NCBI GenBank assembly: GCA_002269645.1
Contig: NIVC01001185.1
Span: forward strand, 1-64,000
Reading direction: 5' to 3'
Source of the DNA: Macrostomum lignano
Taxonomy: Eukaryota
Length of the DNA stretch: 64,000 nucleotides
This document shows positions 49,363-63,800 of this stretch, in pieces (position 1 is the first letter of the stretch; the number at the start of each line of letters is the position of its first letter). The notes under the pieces are model-generated. The model was not told the DNA's origin, ran no database searches, and worked only from the letters and a program-made list of their open reading frames with translations. A program made the translations under genes and the position numbers.

Positions 49363-50745
49363 CCGAGGCCATGCCCGAACGCCAGAGCGGTGATCGAGAC
49401 CGCGTCCTGTTGTACAATTTTACAAATCTTTAGCTGTAGAGACACACTAAATGTAGTTGACTATAAATGGAACACATAATTTAATTAAACTTAAAAGTCC
49501 TTCTGTCATACATGTGTGTCTGTGAAAATAAAATTAGAGTTAAAAAAATTCAGTTAGCTTTCTTTTAGTGTTTTTTAATTATTAAAGTATATCAGCGTTC
49601 AAATGCTGATATGCCATCCCACACGAATGACTGTGTAGGCCGCGCGTTAAAGTGCGGCACGGGCCTTCTGCGCGTGGCAGCTTTGGCACGTGTGACCGAA
49701 CCGTGCCCTGCCACCCCCTGCAGCCCGTGACGTGTGCCTAGAAGGCGAGGACAGTAAATGGAGGAGAGAGCTAAAAACCCTGTCCCCGTAAAGTTAAATA
49801 AACTAGAACATCGGTCCGAGAGACTCCACCGATCTTTTCACTACGGGCCTGAGCTCGGCCGTAGGCTCCTGGCTACAGAAAAATGTAGCCCGAGCATTGA
49901 AATTGTTTTTGTGTTCCATCTTTTGCTGTCGTAGACAGAAGGTAGTGGATAAGTAGCAAAAATATCCGCTACAAAATGTAAACCACGCCAAATGTATCTA
50001 GGGATTAACCTTTAACCTTTAAACTTGAGGGATTAACCCCTCAAAGTCCCCCAAAAATTATATATAATGGTCCACTCTATTCATCATATCTCCAATGACA
50101 AAGTGATAAAGGTATGGAAGAGAGTGGTGACAGCTGGGTTTATGCATTTTCTAATTTATGCATTGCGACAGACAAGTGTGCAGAAGGGGGGATCATCCAG
50201 AGGGCAAACATCGGGAGGCAAACGTCGGCGGGCAAAGGTCGGCTGTCAAACATGCGGTGGGCAAAATGTCGGCGGACTGACGTCGGCAAGACAAAAACGT
50301 CTGACGGATGAAATTTCGGTGGGCAAATGCTCCTCCTCCCGTGGGCGAGGGCAGTGAAGTTGCTGTATACATGTCGGCGCAAATAAATTTTATATACGTG
50401 GCCAATCATATAACGACACGTCTTCAAAATGAACTGCATGGCGTCGCCCCCAAAGATGCTACCCCTGATAAATTGAGACGAAAAGCCTGTCGTTGACTGT
50501 CAATTACATATGTAACCCTACATCTAGCTACGAGTGTACAAATTTACAACGCACCCATCATTGGCTCGTCAGTTTCATTGGTTAATTTGAACAGCCAAAC
50601 TGCCTCTAGCTGCATATATGCGAGTACGAGCGTATGTATCTCATCAGAAAAAAGTTTGTAACTCTGCCGAGTTACCATGGTATACCAACAAGTTTCTCAA
50701 GTTATCTAACCAGTACAGTCTGGAATCTAGATATTTGTCTGAAAC

Positions 50746-52758
<2,013 letters not shown>

Positions 52759-52896
52759 ATATAATAGCGCATCGGGCACGTTTTGATGCAACTTTGCAAT
52801 CACGCTACTGTTAGTAGTTTTTGTTTGGGGAAATGTAAGTATTAAAAGTTAGTTAGGAATTTTTTAGTTTTGGTAGATATAGAATAGAGCTAGCTT

Positions 52897-53215
52897 GGAC
52901 GGGAGAAGAGATTCGAAACCAAGAATCAAAACCAAGGTTTTGTCTCGCATAGAGACGCCTAACCGCAGTACCCCTGTGACACTTGTCTCTGCCTGGTCGA
53001 AAGCTTGTCATGAGTTAGTAGGCTGGGTTGGAGGGTAATAGTGGATCGGGAAGGGCTGTGGGTAGCTGTATAGGAAGGCAGGCCTATACCTGTTCCAGTT
53101 GGTGCTCTGACGGTCCCCCTCGGAGTGCCCTCTGAGCGAACAGCAAGCGACTCTATTAAAGCTGGAGTGTGCCAGAACCAGGACTGAGTCTGAGCAGGAC
53201 GAGACCGTTGGCACG
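52897..53215 (-). mobile_element. Probable LINE 3' end fragment
   Basis: Shares the terminal GGACGGGAGAAGAGATTCGAAACCAA with the LINE end at 53791. Confidence 0.35.
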
Positions 53216-53767
53216 GTCCTAATAAAAATGGCGGGTTGGCGAAGCGAAGGGTGAAACAGTCCCGGCGATTAGCCCTCCTACCGCAAGAGACTGTCAGGCA
53301 AGAGTACCCGGGGTTTAGTTGGGGGGGAGGCTCCTTCGGGTTGCCACGGCCGTGGGGGCGGTCATACGATCGGTTTTTTTGGCTTATCTAACCCTGGAGA
53401 AGGCACGGGCTTCCCTGATTGGTTCACTCAACCCCTTCTGGCCCCGGGGAGGTTTTGATCTGTTTGACAAGAGTACCCGGGGGTGGTGGGTGGTCGGCCC
53501 CAGCATGGTAGCCACGGCTCTCGGCCTTCGGGCCAACCCTAATCTGCAGGGGTTTACTAACCAGGTTTTTTGGGCACGGGCTTCCTGACTGGTTCGTCGA
53601 ACCACTGTCACTGTCCCTCGGGGAGGTTTTGATTTGTCATTTGCTCGATGTACAGTCCTCTTTAGCCTAATTCAGCTTTCAGTGTACATTAGTACACTCC
53701 CAACCTGGAACTTAATTTATCTCTAATGGCGTAAGAGCCTACTCTATGGCTGAGGCGCCGGAATCAC

Positions 53768-54170
53768 TTATTTAGTTAGTTAGTTAGTTAGGACGGGAGA
53801 AGAGATTCGAAACCAAAATTTAAAACCTAAACATTAGTCCAGCGTAGGGTTTAAGGGAGGCGTTGCTGCCCATTATGCCAACCCCTGCCTGGTGACCACG
53901 GGCGGCTGAAGATCCGGTGGTGCTTGTGTCTGCAGCGCTGTCCCCGAATGTCGCTCAGCTGGCAGAGATTCTCGGCTGGTAGCGGAAAAGCTGGTAGAGA
54001 TTCTCGGGCCTGAAAGCGTCGGAGAGGCTCGGGTTTGGGCCGAAGTAGGTGAGCCTGTCCTGAGTAAAGGCGAGGCATTCACAGATAAAGTGCTCCGCAT
54101 TCTCAACACCGGAGAGGCATAATGGGCATTCCTCAATGCGGATTTTTACCTAGAGGTAGCGATGCCTGGC
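53768..54170 (-). mobile_element. 5'-truncated LINE (ORF2 C-terminal CCHC + 3' UTR + (TAAC)n tail)
   Basis: Minus strand reads CPLCLSGVENAEHFICEC..F.QDRL..FG; tail TTAGTTAGTTAGTTAG on + at ~53775-53791. Confidence 0.65.
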
Positions 54171-54820
54171 AAAACAGCCATAGCTTATGACTGATTAAAA
54201 AAAGCGGGTGGAAAGCATGTTCTCTGGAATAGGCTCGTAGCATCGCAACATTTTTTCACCTGTCTAACAAAAAATCACAAGTTTTTATTTCGTTTTCGGC
54301 ATGTTGACGCTGAAAGTCACGAAACTGACAGAGCTGACAGCTCACTAGCTGATTATTTGCGACTTTGCCTGGCTTACAATTGCACTGCAAAAATCGTGAA
54401 ACAGTTGAAAGTTTCTTGTTACCATGGAGCGGATAAAAAAACTGTAGACTAAACAAAACTGTTTTTTTTATGTCGAAGAGATGCGCATGATTGCTTTCAA
54501 TTTCGGATTTTTTAACGCGGCTTGCGGTATCTGTAGAATTAATTTTTGCAGTTTTTAAGAAAAAATGTTCTGAACAATATAATTGAAAGTGTAATAAAAA
54601 ACAACCAATGAAGTCAAGCGTTTTCGATTCGTTACCACCACAGCACACAAAAACTATTTTGTGGTGGGGGTTGGTGACTATTGACTAGAATCTGAGAGAC
54701 TTATGTAGAGGCCAGGACACTTATTGAGATCAGGACACTGCATGGTATTGAGATCAAGACCCTGTTCTTAACAGCATCAGTATTTAGATCAAGACAACTT
54801 GAGATCAGGACAATGCTTTT

Positions 54821-55428
54821 GAGATCAGGACACTGCTTTTGAGATCAGGACACTGCTTTTGAGATCAGCACACTGCTTTTGAGATCAGGACACTGCTTTT
54901 GAGATCAGGACACTGCTTCTGAGTTCAGGACACTGCTTTTGAGATCAGGACACTGCTTTTGAGATCAGGACACTGCTTTTGAGATCAGGACACTGCTTTT
55001 GAGATCAGGACACTGCTTTTGAGATCAGGACACTGCTTCTGAGTTCAGGACACTGCTTTTGAGATCAGGACACTGCTTTAGAGATCAGGACACTGCTTTT
55101 GAGATCAGGACACTGCTTTTGAGATCAGGACACTGCTTCTGAGTTCAGGACACTGCTTTTGAGATCAGGACACTGCTTTTGAGATCAGGACACTGCTTTT
55201 GAGATCAGGACACTGCTTTTGAGATCAGGACACTGCTTTTGAGATCAGGACACTGCTTTTGAGATCAGGACACTGCTTTTGAGATCAGGACACTGCTTCT
55301 GAGATCAGGACACTGCTTCTGAGATCAGGACACTGCTTTTGAGATCAGGACACTGCTTTTGAGTTTAGAACACTGCTTCTGAGTTTAGGACACTGCTTCT
55401 GAGTTTAGGACACTGCTTCTGAGATCAG
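54821..55428. repeat. Minisatellite, 20-bp unit GAGATCAGGACACTGCTTTT x~30, with degenerate copies from ~54714
   Basis: Direct reading; no spacers. Confidence 0.97.
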
Positions 55429-55838
55429 AAAAATCCATAAAGGCCAATGCTTGTAGAGATACCCAGGCACTTCTCTATAGATCTTGATATTTATCTGGGT
55501 TTCGGGTACTGCTCAAAGGACTCTGGTACTTCTCAAGAAATCCACAAACTACTTTAGAAACCCTGAAGCAAATACCATGCACATTTCCAGCGAGTCAGTA
55601 GAGACAGTAAACGTATAGTAATGAGTAAAAGTATTAATAAAAAAACGGGAAAAGCAACATCAATATTAAAACGTTTTTCACAATTTACTTTCGGTTCTAT
55701 ACCTCGATACACAGCAATGAAGTATTACAGTGCTGTGTAGCATGCATTATTTTAATGTCTGTAACATCATTTTTGTTACGTAAACTAGAAAGTAACAGAC
55801 AAACAGCGAAACAGACTAGAATTTCTGCAATATATCAG

Positions 55839-57638
55839 TCACAGTATTCTGCAACAGCATCGGGATTTTGATTCATTTTTGTCAACGGCAGCTGCACGCG
55901 CGAAGTGCCCAGATTCTGCGTAGAGAAAGTCGCCTCCGACGTACTCTTGGTTGTCCTGTTCCTGCTCTGCAGGACCAATACTTGTGTGATTAATCCCACA
56001 GGACTCGCTCTTCCCATTCTCAATTAGCACTCTGCACTGCTTCTGCAACGCCTGCTGTCTCTGCCGTTCCTGTTGCTGCTCTTGCAATCGCTGTTGATGT
56101 TCCAGCAACTGTTGCTGTCTCTGCCGTTCCTGTTGCTGCTTCTGTCTCTGCTGCTCTTGCAATCGCTGTTGATGTTCCAGCAACTGTTGCTGTCTCTGCC
56201 GTTCCTGTTGCTGCTTCTGTCTCTGCTGCTCTTGCAATCGCTGTTGATGTTCCAGCAACTGTTGCTGTCTCTGCCGTTCCTGTTGCTGCTCTTGCAATCG
56301 CTGTTGATGTTCCAGCAACTGTTGCTGTCTCTGCCGTTCCTGTTGCTGCTCTTGCAATCGCTGTTGATGTTCCAGCAACTGTTGCTGTCTCTACCGTTCC
56401 TGCTGCTGCTCTTGCAATCGCTGTTGATGTTCCAGCAACTGTTGCTGTCTCTGCCGTTCCCGTTGCTGCTTCTGTATTCGCTGCTCTTGCAATCGCTTTT
56501 GATGTTCCAGCAACTGCTGCTGTCTCTGCTGCTCCCGCAACTCTTGCAATCTCTGCTGCTCCAGCAACTGTTGCAATCTCTGCTGCTCCAGCAACTGTTG
56601 CTGTCTTTGCTGCTCCAGCAACTGTTGCTGTCTCTGCTGCTCCAGCAACTGTTGCTGTCTCTGCTGCTCCAGCAACTGTTGCTGTCTCTGCTGCTCCAGC
56701 AACTGTTGCTGTCTTTGCTGCTCCAGCAACTGTTGCTGTCTCTGCTGCTCCAGCAACTGTTGCTGTCTCTGCTGCTCCTGCAACATCTGCTTTCTCTGCT
56801 GATCCTGCAACTTCTGTTTCTTAAGAGCTTCGACAGCATAATTTTTGGCTGGCACATAAGGCAGGTGAAAGTTTCCTCGTTTTCTCGTGTACAGACAAAT
56901 TCCTTTGCCAGTAAATGTTCGTCCGAATCCGTACTCATTCAGTTGCTGCACTTGTCTGATCTCAATATCCATCACAAAAATGTATCCCACATTGCTCAGC
57001 AACTGAGGCAGCTTCACGCCAACTAGACTCAAATTCCTACCAGAATCGACAAAACTCAGACTGATGATGTCGAATGGTTGAGCCGTTAGCTTTCGGTCAA
57101 GCACAAAGTCCTCCATGGGCATTTCAATGAACTCGTGTCTCGATGTGTTGAAACACCAATCCGATGTGGCCTGTGCGAATTCGCTGTCGAAAGCGCTCCA
57201 GTCCCAGGGAAACGCGTCAACTCCAATGCAACTCAGCTGCAGCAGCCTCCCACCACGCACCTGGTTAACCTCGCCTCTGTGTACAACATCTTTGATGGCT
57301 CTGACGACTCCAAGCAGGTCGCTGCCGGGACCGCAACCGAGCGACAAGATCCGGATCTCCCGAGGCTGCGGCTCGCTGCAAACTGACTGCAGAAGTTGCT
57401 TCACCTCATCTCGTATATGCGTTCGCATGAGTTTAGACTTGCGCTTCAACTCTTTCTGTGTATAGGCCTCGCAAAATTCCGGGTCGCTGTAGAATCTTAA
57501 GTCCTCTTTGTGTTTGGCATCAAGCCATTGCTGGTAAATTGGACAGTCCATGATCTTTTGCTCCGGCTCTACTCGTAGGAGCTCAGCTCTCTGCCTTGCA
57601 TCTGCCTCCTTTTAATACGCAGACTTGTGCAAAAACAT
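55839..57638 (-). pseudogene. Methyltransferase-like / Gln-rich / CCCRIL gene, copy B, with two nonsense codons
   Basis: ATG at 57638. TAA at 57612-14 (CAA in copy A) and TAG at 56391-93 (CAG in neighbouring repeats). The frame is otherwise continuous to TGA at 55839-41. Confidence 0.85.
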
Positions 57639-58251
57639 TTATTTCTTGGAAATTCCAGTCAAGTATCAGTAGTGCACATAATGAGCACAATATCTACTCA
57701 TTAATCTCTGTTCTCAGCCGAGTTTACATATAGGCCCTTACAGTAACGGTAAAGTGCGCCAAATTTTCAGCCAGGCGTATTTTTTTGTATCCAATAGCTC
57801 TTTAGTAGAACGCACGGCCTACAGGTTGCAGAAGCGCAAAGTGGAGACTCTCTTTATGACCTCAGAAAGTCTTATCGTATTGAAACATAACCCACCCAAA
57901 TTGTCTCTTAATTTAGCCATAGTACGAGCTACAATATAGTATATGCTATATTATTACCACAGAATATACCCATACTCTAAGGGCGTAAAAGGGAAATCAG
58001 AGGGTGCCGTCGTGCTGGAGGAGCTGGATTAGGTGACAAACAAAATTAATAAAGTCTGTGACACGTTAGGGAATTTTCGAAATGGATTGATTTGAACTCA
58101 TTTTTACGAGCATAGCATCAGCTTTGATGTCAATTTATTATAACAAAGCACAAGCTACAATGCTTGAGTGATGCATTGAAAATGAAAAGAACCAAACGAA
58201 TCTATCAATCATTGTTTATGGGCCATTTTGTTGTCAAGCGATTGCGTTTCG

Positions 58252-61200
58252 TCAGCTGTGATGCCGGTTCTCGCCATAGTAGGTGGTCTTTTTCTGCTTA
58301 GTATAAGTCGATCCGTCCGCCGTTCTGTACTTCTCTTCGAATATGACCACGGTGCGATCGTTCTGATACTCAGTGGAAGTGCTTGAGGAGACCAGGGTGT
58401 CCGAGGGTTTCACAGCCCCAATAGCGCCTTCGGGTGGCTCGACGTATTCGCTCATTCGCGAACCGGCTGATCTCACAGCGGCCATTTCTGGGATTGGGAT
58501 TTATTGTGTTTTTTTGGGACTGGTTCAGGGGATAAATAGGGAGACCATGTTGCTTGCAACTCCCTCTTGAGCCTTGGCATATCAGCAACTTCCATGGCAT
58601 CTCAGCAACTCCCATGGCATCTCAGCAACTCCCATGGCATCTCAGCAACTCCCATGGCATCTCAGCAACTCCCATGGTATCTCAGCAATTCACATGGCAT
58701 CTCAGCAATTCCCATGGCATCTCAGCAACTCCCATGGTATCTCAGCAATTCACATGGCATCTCAGCAATTCCCATGGCATCTCAGCAACTCCCATGGTAT
58801 CTCAGCAATTCCCATGGCATCTCAGCAACTCCCATGGTATCTCAGCAATTCCCATGGCATCTCAGCAACTCCCATGGCATCTCAGCAACTCTCATGCATC
58901 TCAGAAACTTCCATGGCATCTCAGCAACTCTCCATTGAGTCACGGAATCTCAGGAAATCCCCATTGAGCCTTGACGTCTCAGAACCCTCTAGTGACACTA
59001 CATTTAGCTAGATGCAAGCGGTTCCTAACGAGTATAGTTTAACACGAGCTGCTGTATTTTGCAGCATGCAGACATTGGTTTCTAATGTATCCCGGCTGCA
59101 ATGGCACTAAAAAGTATAGGACGGAAGTTAACTCACTAGAAGGGCGCTCCAGATGCTCTTCTGAATGCTGCCGGTCCATTGTCGATGATCTGCCGACATC
59201 GTGCAAATTCGCACCCAACGGTGGCAGAACGTTTTCTACGAAGCCTTCAATTGAATTTCCGCCAGGAAAATAGCGCCCGACAACGTAGACGCGGCCGAGA
59301 CGCGAAACGGCCCGGCCGAAACCAACCATTCTTGAGGCTTTCCACACCATCTGCGTGAAGGATAGAGCGCCTGAGCCTGACAGAGGGGTTGTAGTTGGAT
59401 TCCAAGTATTTACAGTTTGAATTGCTTTCTGCATATTTCAAGCTTTCATTGACACAACTGCAGTTGCTTTAACAATCAACAATCCGACCCTACGCATGTG
59501 AAACTTCACAAAAGCAATCCGGCCCGCTCAAGATTTGTGTCTCTTCTCATCTCCTCTCTCTTATAATCCCCTCTTCTGTTTCCTCTAATCTCTCCTCTCC
59601 TTTCTCCTCCCATTTCTCCTCTCTCCTCTCCTCTCTTCTCTCTCCTCTACTCTCTTATCTCTCCTCTTATCTCTCCTCTTATCTCTCCTCTCCTCTCTCC
59701 TCTTATCTCTCCTCTCCTCTCTCCTCTTATCTCTCCTCTCCTCTCGTCTCCAGCCCTTGAGGTAAAAATGCCGATCCAACGAGCAACGACCCCTAAGGTA
59801 AATGAAAACTTAAGCCAACTTGAACGATCAGTTGAAAGTTTTAAACGTACAATTTAATTCATGTAAGATAAGATCCTAATTTTCACCCTACTATACCACT
59901 GGGACTGAGTGTCTTGAGTGACACATATATCTAGACAGAATAGGACTTTCGATGGTTTACCACTCTTTGAGGGTATAACAGTGCGACTAGAAAGGATATA
60001 TGGTTTACAGTTAGTTTGCAACATGGCAACATCAAGACTACAGTCAATCGGCAGACAGAGAGGAGGCAAGTGCAGTCATGACTATACTGTGCACAATGCA
60101 CACTGTTACGTACGCAGGTACATGCTCTAAGACCATCGTCCGACATTTACACTCTCACATTCTCTGTGCCTATGGGTTGGCCTCGAATCAGCAATCGAAC
60201 CCGAGGGATTTTAATAAATGAAATGGTCTATTAAAGTTACCTCGATGCAGCCTGGGTGCATTTTCGCCAAAATCGTAGTCCGCAATGCCCGAGTACCAGT
60301 AGTCCGTAAACTGTGCGCCTTTTGTGAGAAAGTTTTGAAATTTTTTCATTTGTTTGTTCGAAAGATTTTGAAAAAATAATAATAGAAAATGAATACAGAA
60401 GAAACTGAGCGTACATATAAGAGTTTCGTGAAGTAGCATGTTCATTATAAAGTAATTAGGACGAGTAAAAGACTATGCAAAGGCCTGCTCTTTGCAAAGA
60501 CGTTATAGGCGTACTCGTAAGCGTTTTTTTAGATACGAACAGATTATTATTGATGCCATTAAATAATTAAGGTGTTCGACATTCTCGACGTCTGTCAACG
60601 TCGCTGACAATTATGTACTTATACAGTACATCGACGGATAACGAAAGTCATCCGTCCGACGTCGGCTAAACGTCGGTGTAATATAAAAGGACATATTTGT
60701 CAGCGACGTCGATAACGTTAACCGACGTGTACGGTACAGCAGTGAGATGTGGGTGACGTCGGCGACTTTTTCGACGTCTATCGACTAAAACATGTACTTT
60801 TGCATTGCACCGACGTCTAGCCGACGAATTATTTAATGTAAAACTAAAAGTACATATTTGTCAGCTACGTTGGAAGGCGTCAAAAATGTCGGCTGACGTC
60901 GCTGACGTCGAACAGATGTACGGAGAAGTCTCTATTTTTTTACTAGCCTAATTAGCGACATGTAAGGTGATAGATTTTCTTAGACACTTTAACGTAAAAT
61001 TTTCAAATACGCTCACCAGAAAAATCTGTCCTCTCCGAATTAAACTTCATAGCCAAATTTTCGCCAATGTGCGCATTCTTGACGTCCATATCTGGCTTCA
61101 GCTGGTCTTGGCTAGCGATCGTCTCAGCCCAGTGTTGAGCTCCCTCCGTCAGGCTTCTGTCAAGCTTCAACGGTGGCGCCTGATGCATAGCCCGATATTT

Positions 61201-61446
61201 GTTGTGCGCCAGCAGCATTTCGTGAACGAAGTGCTCCAGTACGACTGGATGGTGGCCAACATTCTGCTGATGGTGCTGCATCTGTCTTGAGCTGGTCCGA
61301 GCGCCACTGTGCATTACATACGAGGAGTGCTGCCTCCCACCGCCGCCACCACTGTTCGGGGAATTTTGTGGCGTCCTCGACTGCCGCGGCGAGTTTTCCT
61401 CGTCGCTCTCCCACGGCCAGCGGATGTCGTCGCTGGAAGATGGCAT
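58252..61446 (-). CDS. CAP/SCP (GAPR-1/GLIPR2-like) domain protein, 4 exons: 61446-61017, 60318-60241, 59376-59137, 58487-58252 (327 aa predicted)
   Basis: Motifs HNKYRAMHQAPPL, GENLA, WYS, FTQMVWKAS and YVVGRYFPGGN. All three introns are GT-AG and phase 1; the 984-nt total is a multiple of 3. Confidence 0.85.
58575..58935. repeat. Minisatellite, 20-bp unit CATGGCATCTCAGCAACTCC x~18, inside CAP intron 3
   Basis: Direct reading. Confidence 0.95.
59543..59750. repeat. CT-rich low-complexity tract in CAP intron 2
   Basis: Direct reading. Confidence 0.9.
60573..60914. mobile_element. CpG-rich fold-back / MITE-like element in CAP intron 1
   Basis: TGTTCGAC (60573) and GTCGAACA (60914) ends. Internal 19-bp inverted pair at 60660-60678 / 60808-60826 (1 mismatch). 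Many GACGTC palindromes. Confidence 0.5.
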
Positions 61447-61894
61447 TCTATTGTATTGCTTTGGATTGGCTTAGTTAGACCAGGGAATCTGAAGGCTTTT
61501 TTATGCTTTTTACCGTCTTCCCAGATTCGATAGATCAACTAAAGTAAGGAAGTTTATAACATAGACATATTTACTATTTACTATATAAATATATACTCTG
61601 CTGCGTAGACTGCATGGCTTAGAACTCTACGCCAATATCTTCATTTAGAGCCAAATAGCTCCCGTTATGCCTAAAATCGACCACTTTGGCATTTGGGGAT
61701 CTCTATGGAGAGAAATAGGATAAATGGGGATTTCATGTGAACCTAAGGCTCCAGAAAGTTCACATCCTCTACTGTAATTTTATTTGCTGCCTGAAACTGA
61801 GCGTGTATATTAGAGAAAACAACAACTAGCACTGAGCCGGTTCCGCCCATTCCGCCGATTCCTAAGCATACTAGTACAGGCGCGCCAATGCTGT

Positions 61895-62135
61895 ATGCAG
61901 GCACGCACTCACACACACGCTCATAAGGGGTGTACAGCGGCCCTGATTGACTTTCTAAGCGTCAGGAATGTACACTGTCTGTGCCTTGGGGAGTTGGTAC
62001 TCAAGGGTCTGAATTGTACGACAAACCTCCGGCCAATTATCTTGTACGAAGCCCAAACTAATGTAGCTGCGCAGGGGATCGAACCAAGTGGCGCAACAAC
62101 TGTACGCGTTTATACCACTGAGCTGCTCCGCCCCA
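61895..62135 (-). mobile_element. tRNA-derived SINE-like element (or tRNA pseudogene head)
   Basis: Minus strand has A-box AGCTCAGTGGTA (62112-62123) and B-box GGTTCGATCCCC (62074-62085) at tRNA spacing. The cloverleaf is not intact. There is a GT-rich tail at ~61900-61920. Confidence 0.55.
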
Positions 62136-62539
62136 CAGTCAACTACCGAAACGGTGCATAAGTGAGATTTCTTAACGTCTGCGAAATTGAGTCCTTTCAT
62201 AACACACCGTATGCTTCGTAGCCAGCAAACAAATATACGACACGGTTAAAGACATTTGATTATAGTGCATTTTCAGCCACGCAGAAGCCCCAAAAAACGA
62301 GGGAAACAAGTACAGGTGCCATATGCCCTACTCACAGTAGCAATAATGGCACAGTTTGATCATATATTTGCCTTAGAAGCTAACCGATCATATATTTAAA
62401 AAAACTGGAGGCTTGAGTTTTACCGATTGACAACTATAACTGCAGCTACCAAAATTATTGCGTTGTTATTGTTAGACAAGTCAATATTATTCCTGTAGCA
62501 ACAGACAGTTCCACTAAAATTTCAAGCAACAGTGACGAG

Positions 62540-63140
62540 CATGTAGTCTGCTGGATTTACGAAGTCCTTCTACTTACCAATCTGAAGGCGGAACAGAATT
62601 TTGGCAGATCCGTGCGATTAGCCCCTGTCTGAGCCCACACACATTCATCGGATCGCACGAAAATCACCATGACGCCAGCATCTTTATTGCAGCCACTATA
62701 TGCCATATATTGATGAAGAAGTGTCGTTTTGGCTCGTTCGGTTCACCACCATAATGTCCAACCACAGAAAAGTAGTTGTAGGTCCTGGACGCCAGATCCA
62801 AGTCCGGCTCGCTGCCGACTAGCCTGTCCTTGCTGAACCAGTTCGTCGCATTCAGTCCTGAGAATGTGACGTCGAACGAGATCTTCAACCCCGTGACGCC
62901 ATTTTTAAGCAGCTCGACTTGCCGGGACACGAGTCTCACGAGATCCGGAAGTCGGTCGAGCTAACACGATCGCCAGAAGTTGAGCAGAGGCAGCGTCTTG
63001 AATGTATTCGACTGTTCCTGTGACTCGACTGCTGACGGCATTCGGACCATGATAAGAATGATGCTTATGAAAAGACATTCTTTCTATAAGTCTTGGCTGT
63101 GAAAGTTGGAAAGCAACAGGTTTTTTAGTCACTATCATCA
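62540..63140 (-). pseudogene. Decayed exon(s) of an uncharacterised invertebrate domain (VELLKNG...NWFSKDRL...NYFSVVG...RHFFIN..YSGCNKDAG...C.W...PKILF)
   Basis: The protein-like Trp/Cys pattern continues across a 2-bp insertion at ~62708 (the intact frame is seen in the inverted copy) and an upstream stop. The family is recalled from memory and was not named or verified. Confidence 0.5.
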
Positions 63141-63800
63141 CTTTTTAAATCGCATCATCATATGTAAATCATGTCTATCGATGCATTGATTCGGCTTAGG
63201 CACTCACCAGAGAATCGTCGTTTTAAGCTGCTAAGGAAATTGCTTTGGGTGAGACTTAGGGGAACAGACCTTGGATTAGGTAAACGGATTCCATGATAAT
63301 ATAAAGGTGAGAATAATTGACAGCTAAGGTGAAGAAACAATACCAACGTGCGATTGACACCCGGTCGATCCCATCGAATGATAGGGAAGAACGGTTGAAC
63401 TTTCACTATCTGTTAGAAAGCAGTTGGAAATTGCGTCTGAATTAAGACACAATGCGTTGGAATGACTATATGTCTTTATATCGATTCACGACCTATTGGA
63501 TTGGCGTAGAAAAAAACAAAGGAAGATTGGAAAAAGAGGTCTAAGTCAGTGCTGGGAATAAAGATAATGATAAGCTTTCAGACTGTTTTTTGGAAAATTC
63601 AGGCCTCAGACTGCATGCGTGCTAGCAAGATTCATGGAATAAATTTTCCTTAAGAATCGACGTTAGCAACAGTCCGATGAGGCTTCAGATTAAAGTTGTA
63701 CAATAGTTTTGCTCCAAAAGAAGTTGAAAGTCCTCTTTAAGCGTTTAGTTTGGACTTCACAAGCATAGAAAATAGTACGATGTACATCACTTCTTCATCA

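Larger units (their letters stand above)
41409..49415 (-). mobile_element. Decayed Ngaro/DIRS-type tyrosine-recombinase retrotransposon (5' part truncated), host to two nested insertions
   Basis: RT, RNase H and YR fragments lie in order on the minus strand. Two ~75-bp direct repeats 3' of YR (41734-41810 and 41409-41481) with a ~250-bp spacer fit the Ngaro B1-A2-B2 end. Confidence 0.85.

Noticed and set aside
50140-50345. Degenerate ~15-bp GGGCAAA(T/C)GTCGG repeats
   Set aside because: Probably the interior of a small non-autonomous element, but no termini or TSD could be defined.
53298-53640. Two ~170-bp imperfect direct repeats (CAAGAGTACCCGGG...GGGGAGGTTTTGAT)
   Set aside because: Only two diverged copies with no TG..CA ends or TSD; no element or function can be supported.
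52890-54200. Hammerhead or HDV ribozyme near the LINE remnants
   Set aside because: No complete CUGANGA/GAAA core or double-pseudoknot pairing could be built by eye; the sequence is explained by LINE ORF2 and 3' UTR.
54821-55428. Possible CRISPR array
   Set aside because: Contiguous 20-bp units with no unique spacers, eukaryotic context and no cas genes.
62063-62134. Functional tRNA gene
   Set aside because: A and B boxes are present, but acceptor and anticodon stems do not pair into a cloverleaf; treated as SINE-like.
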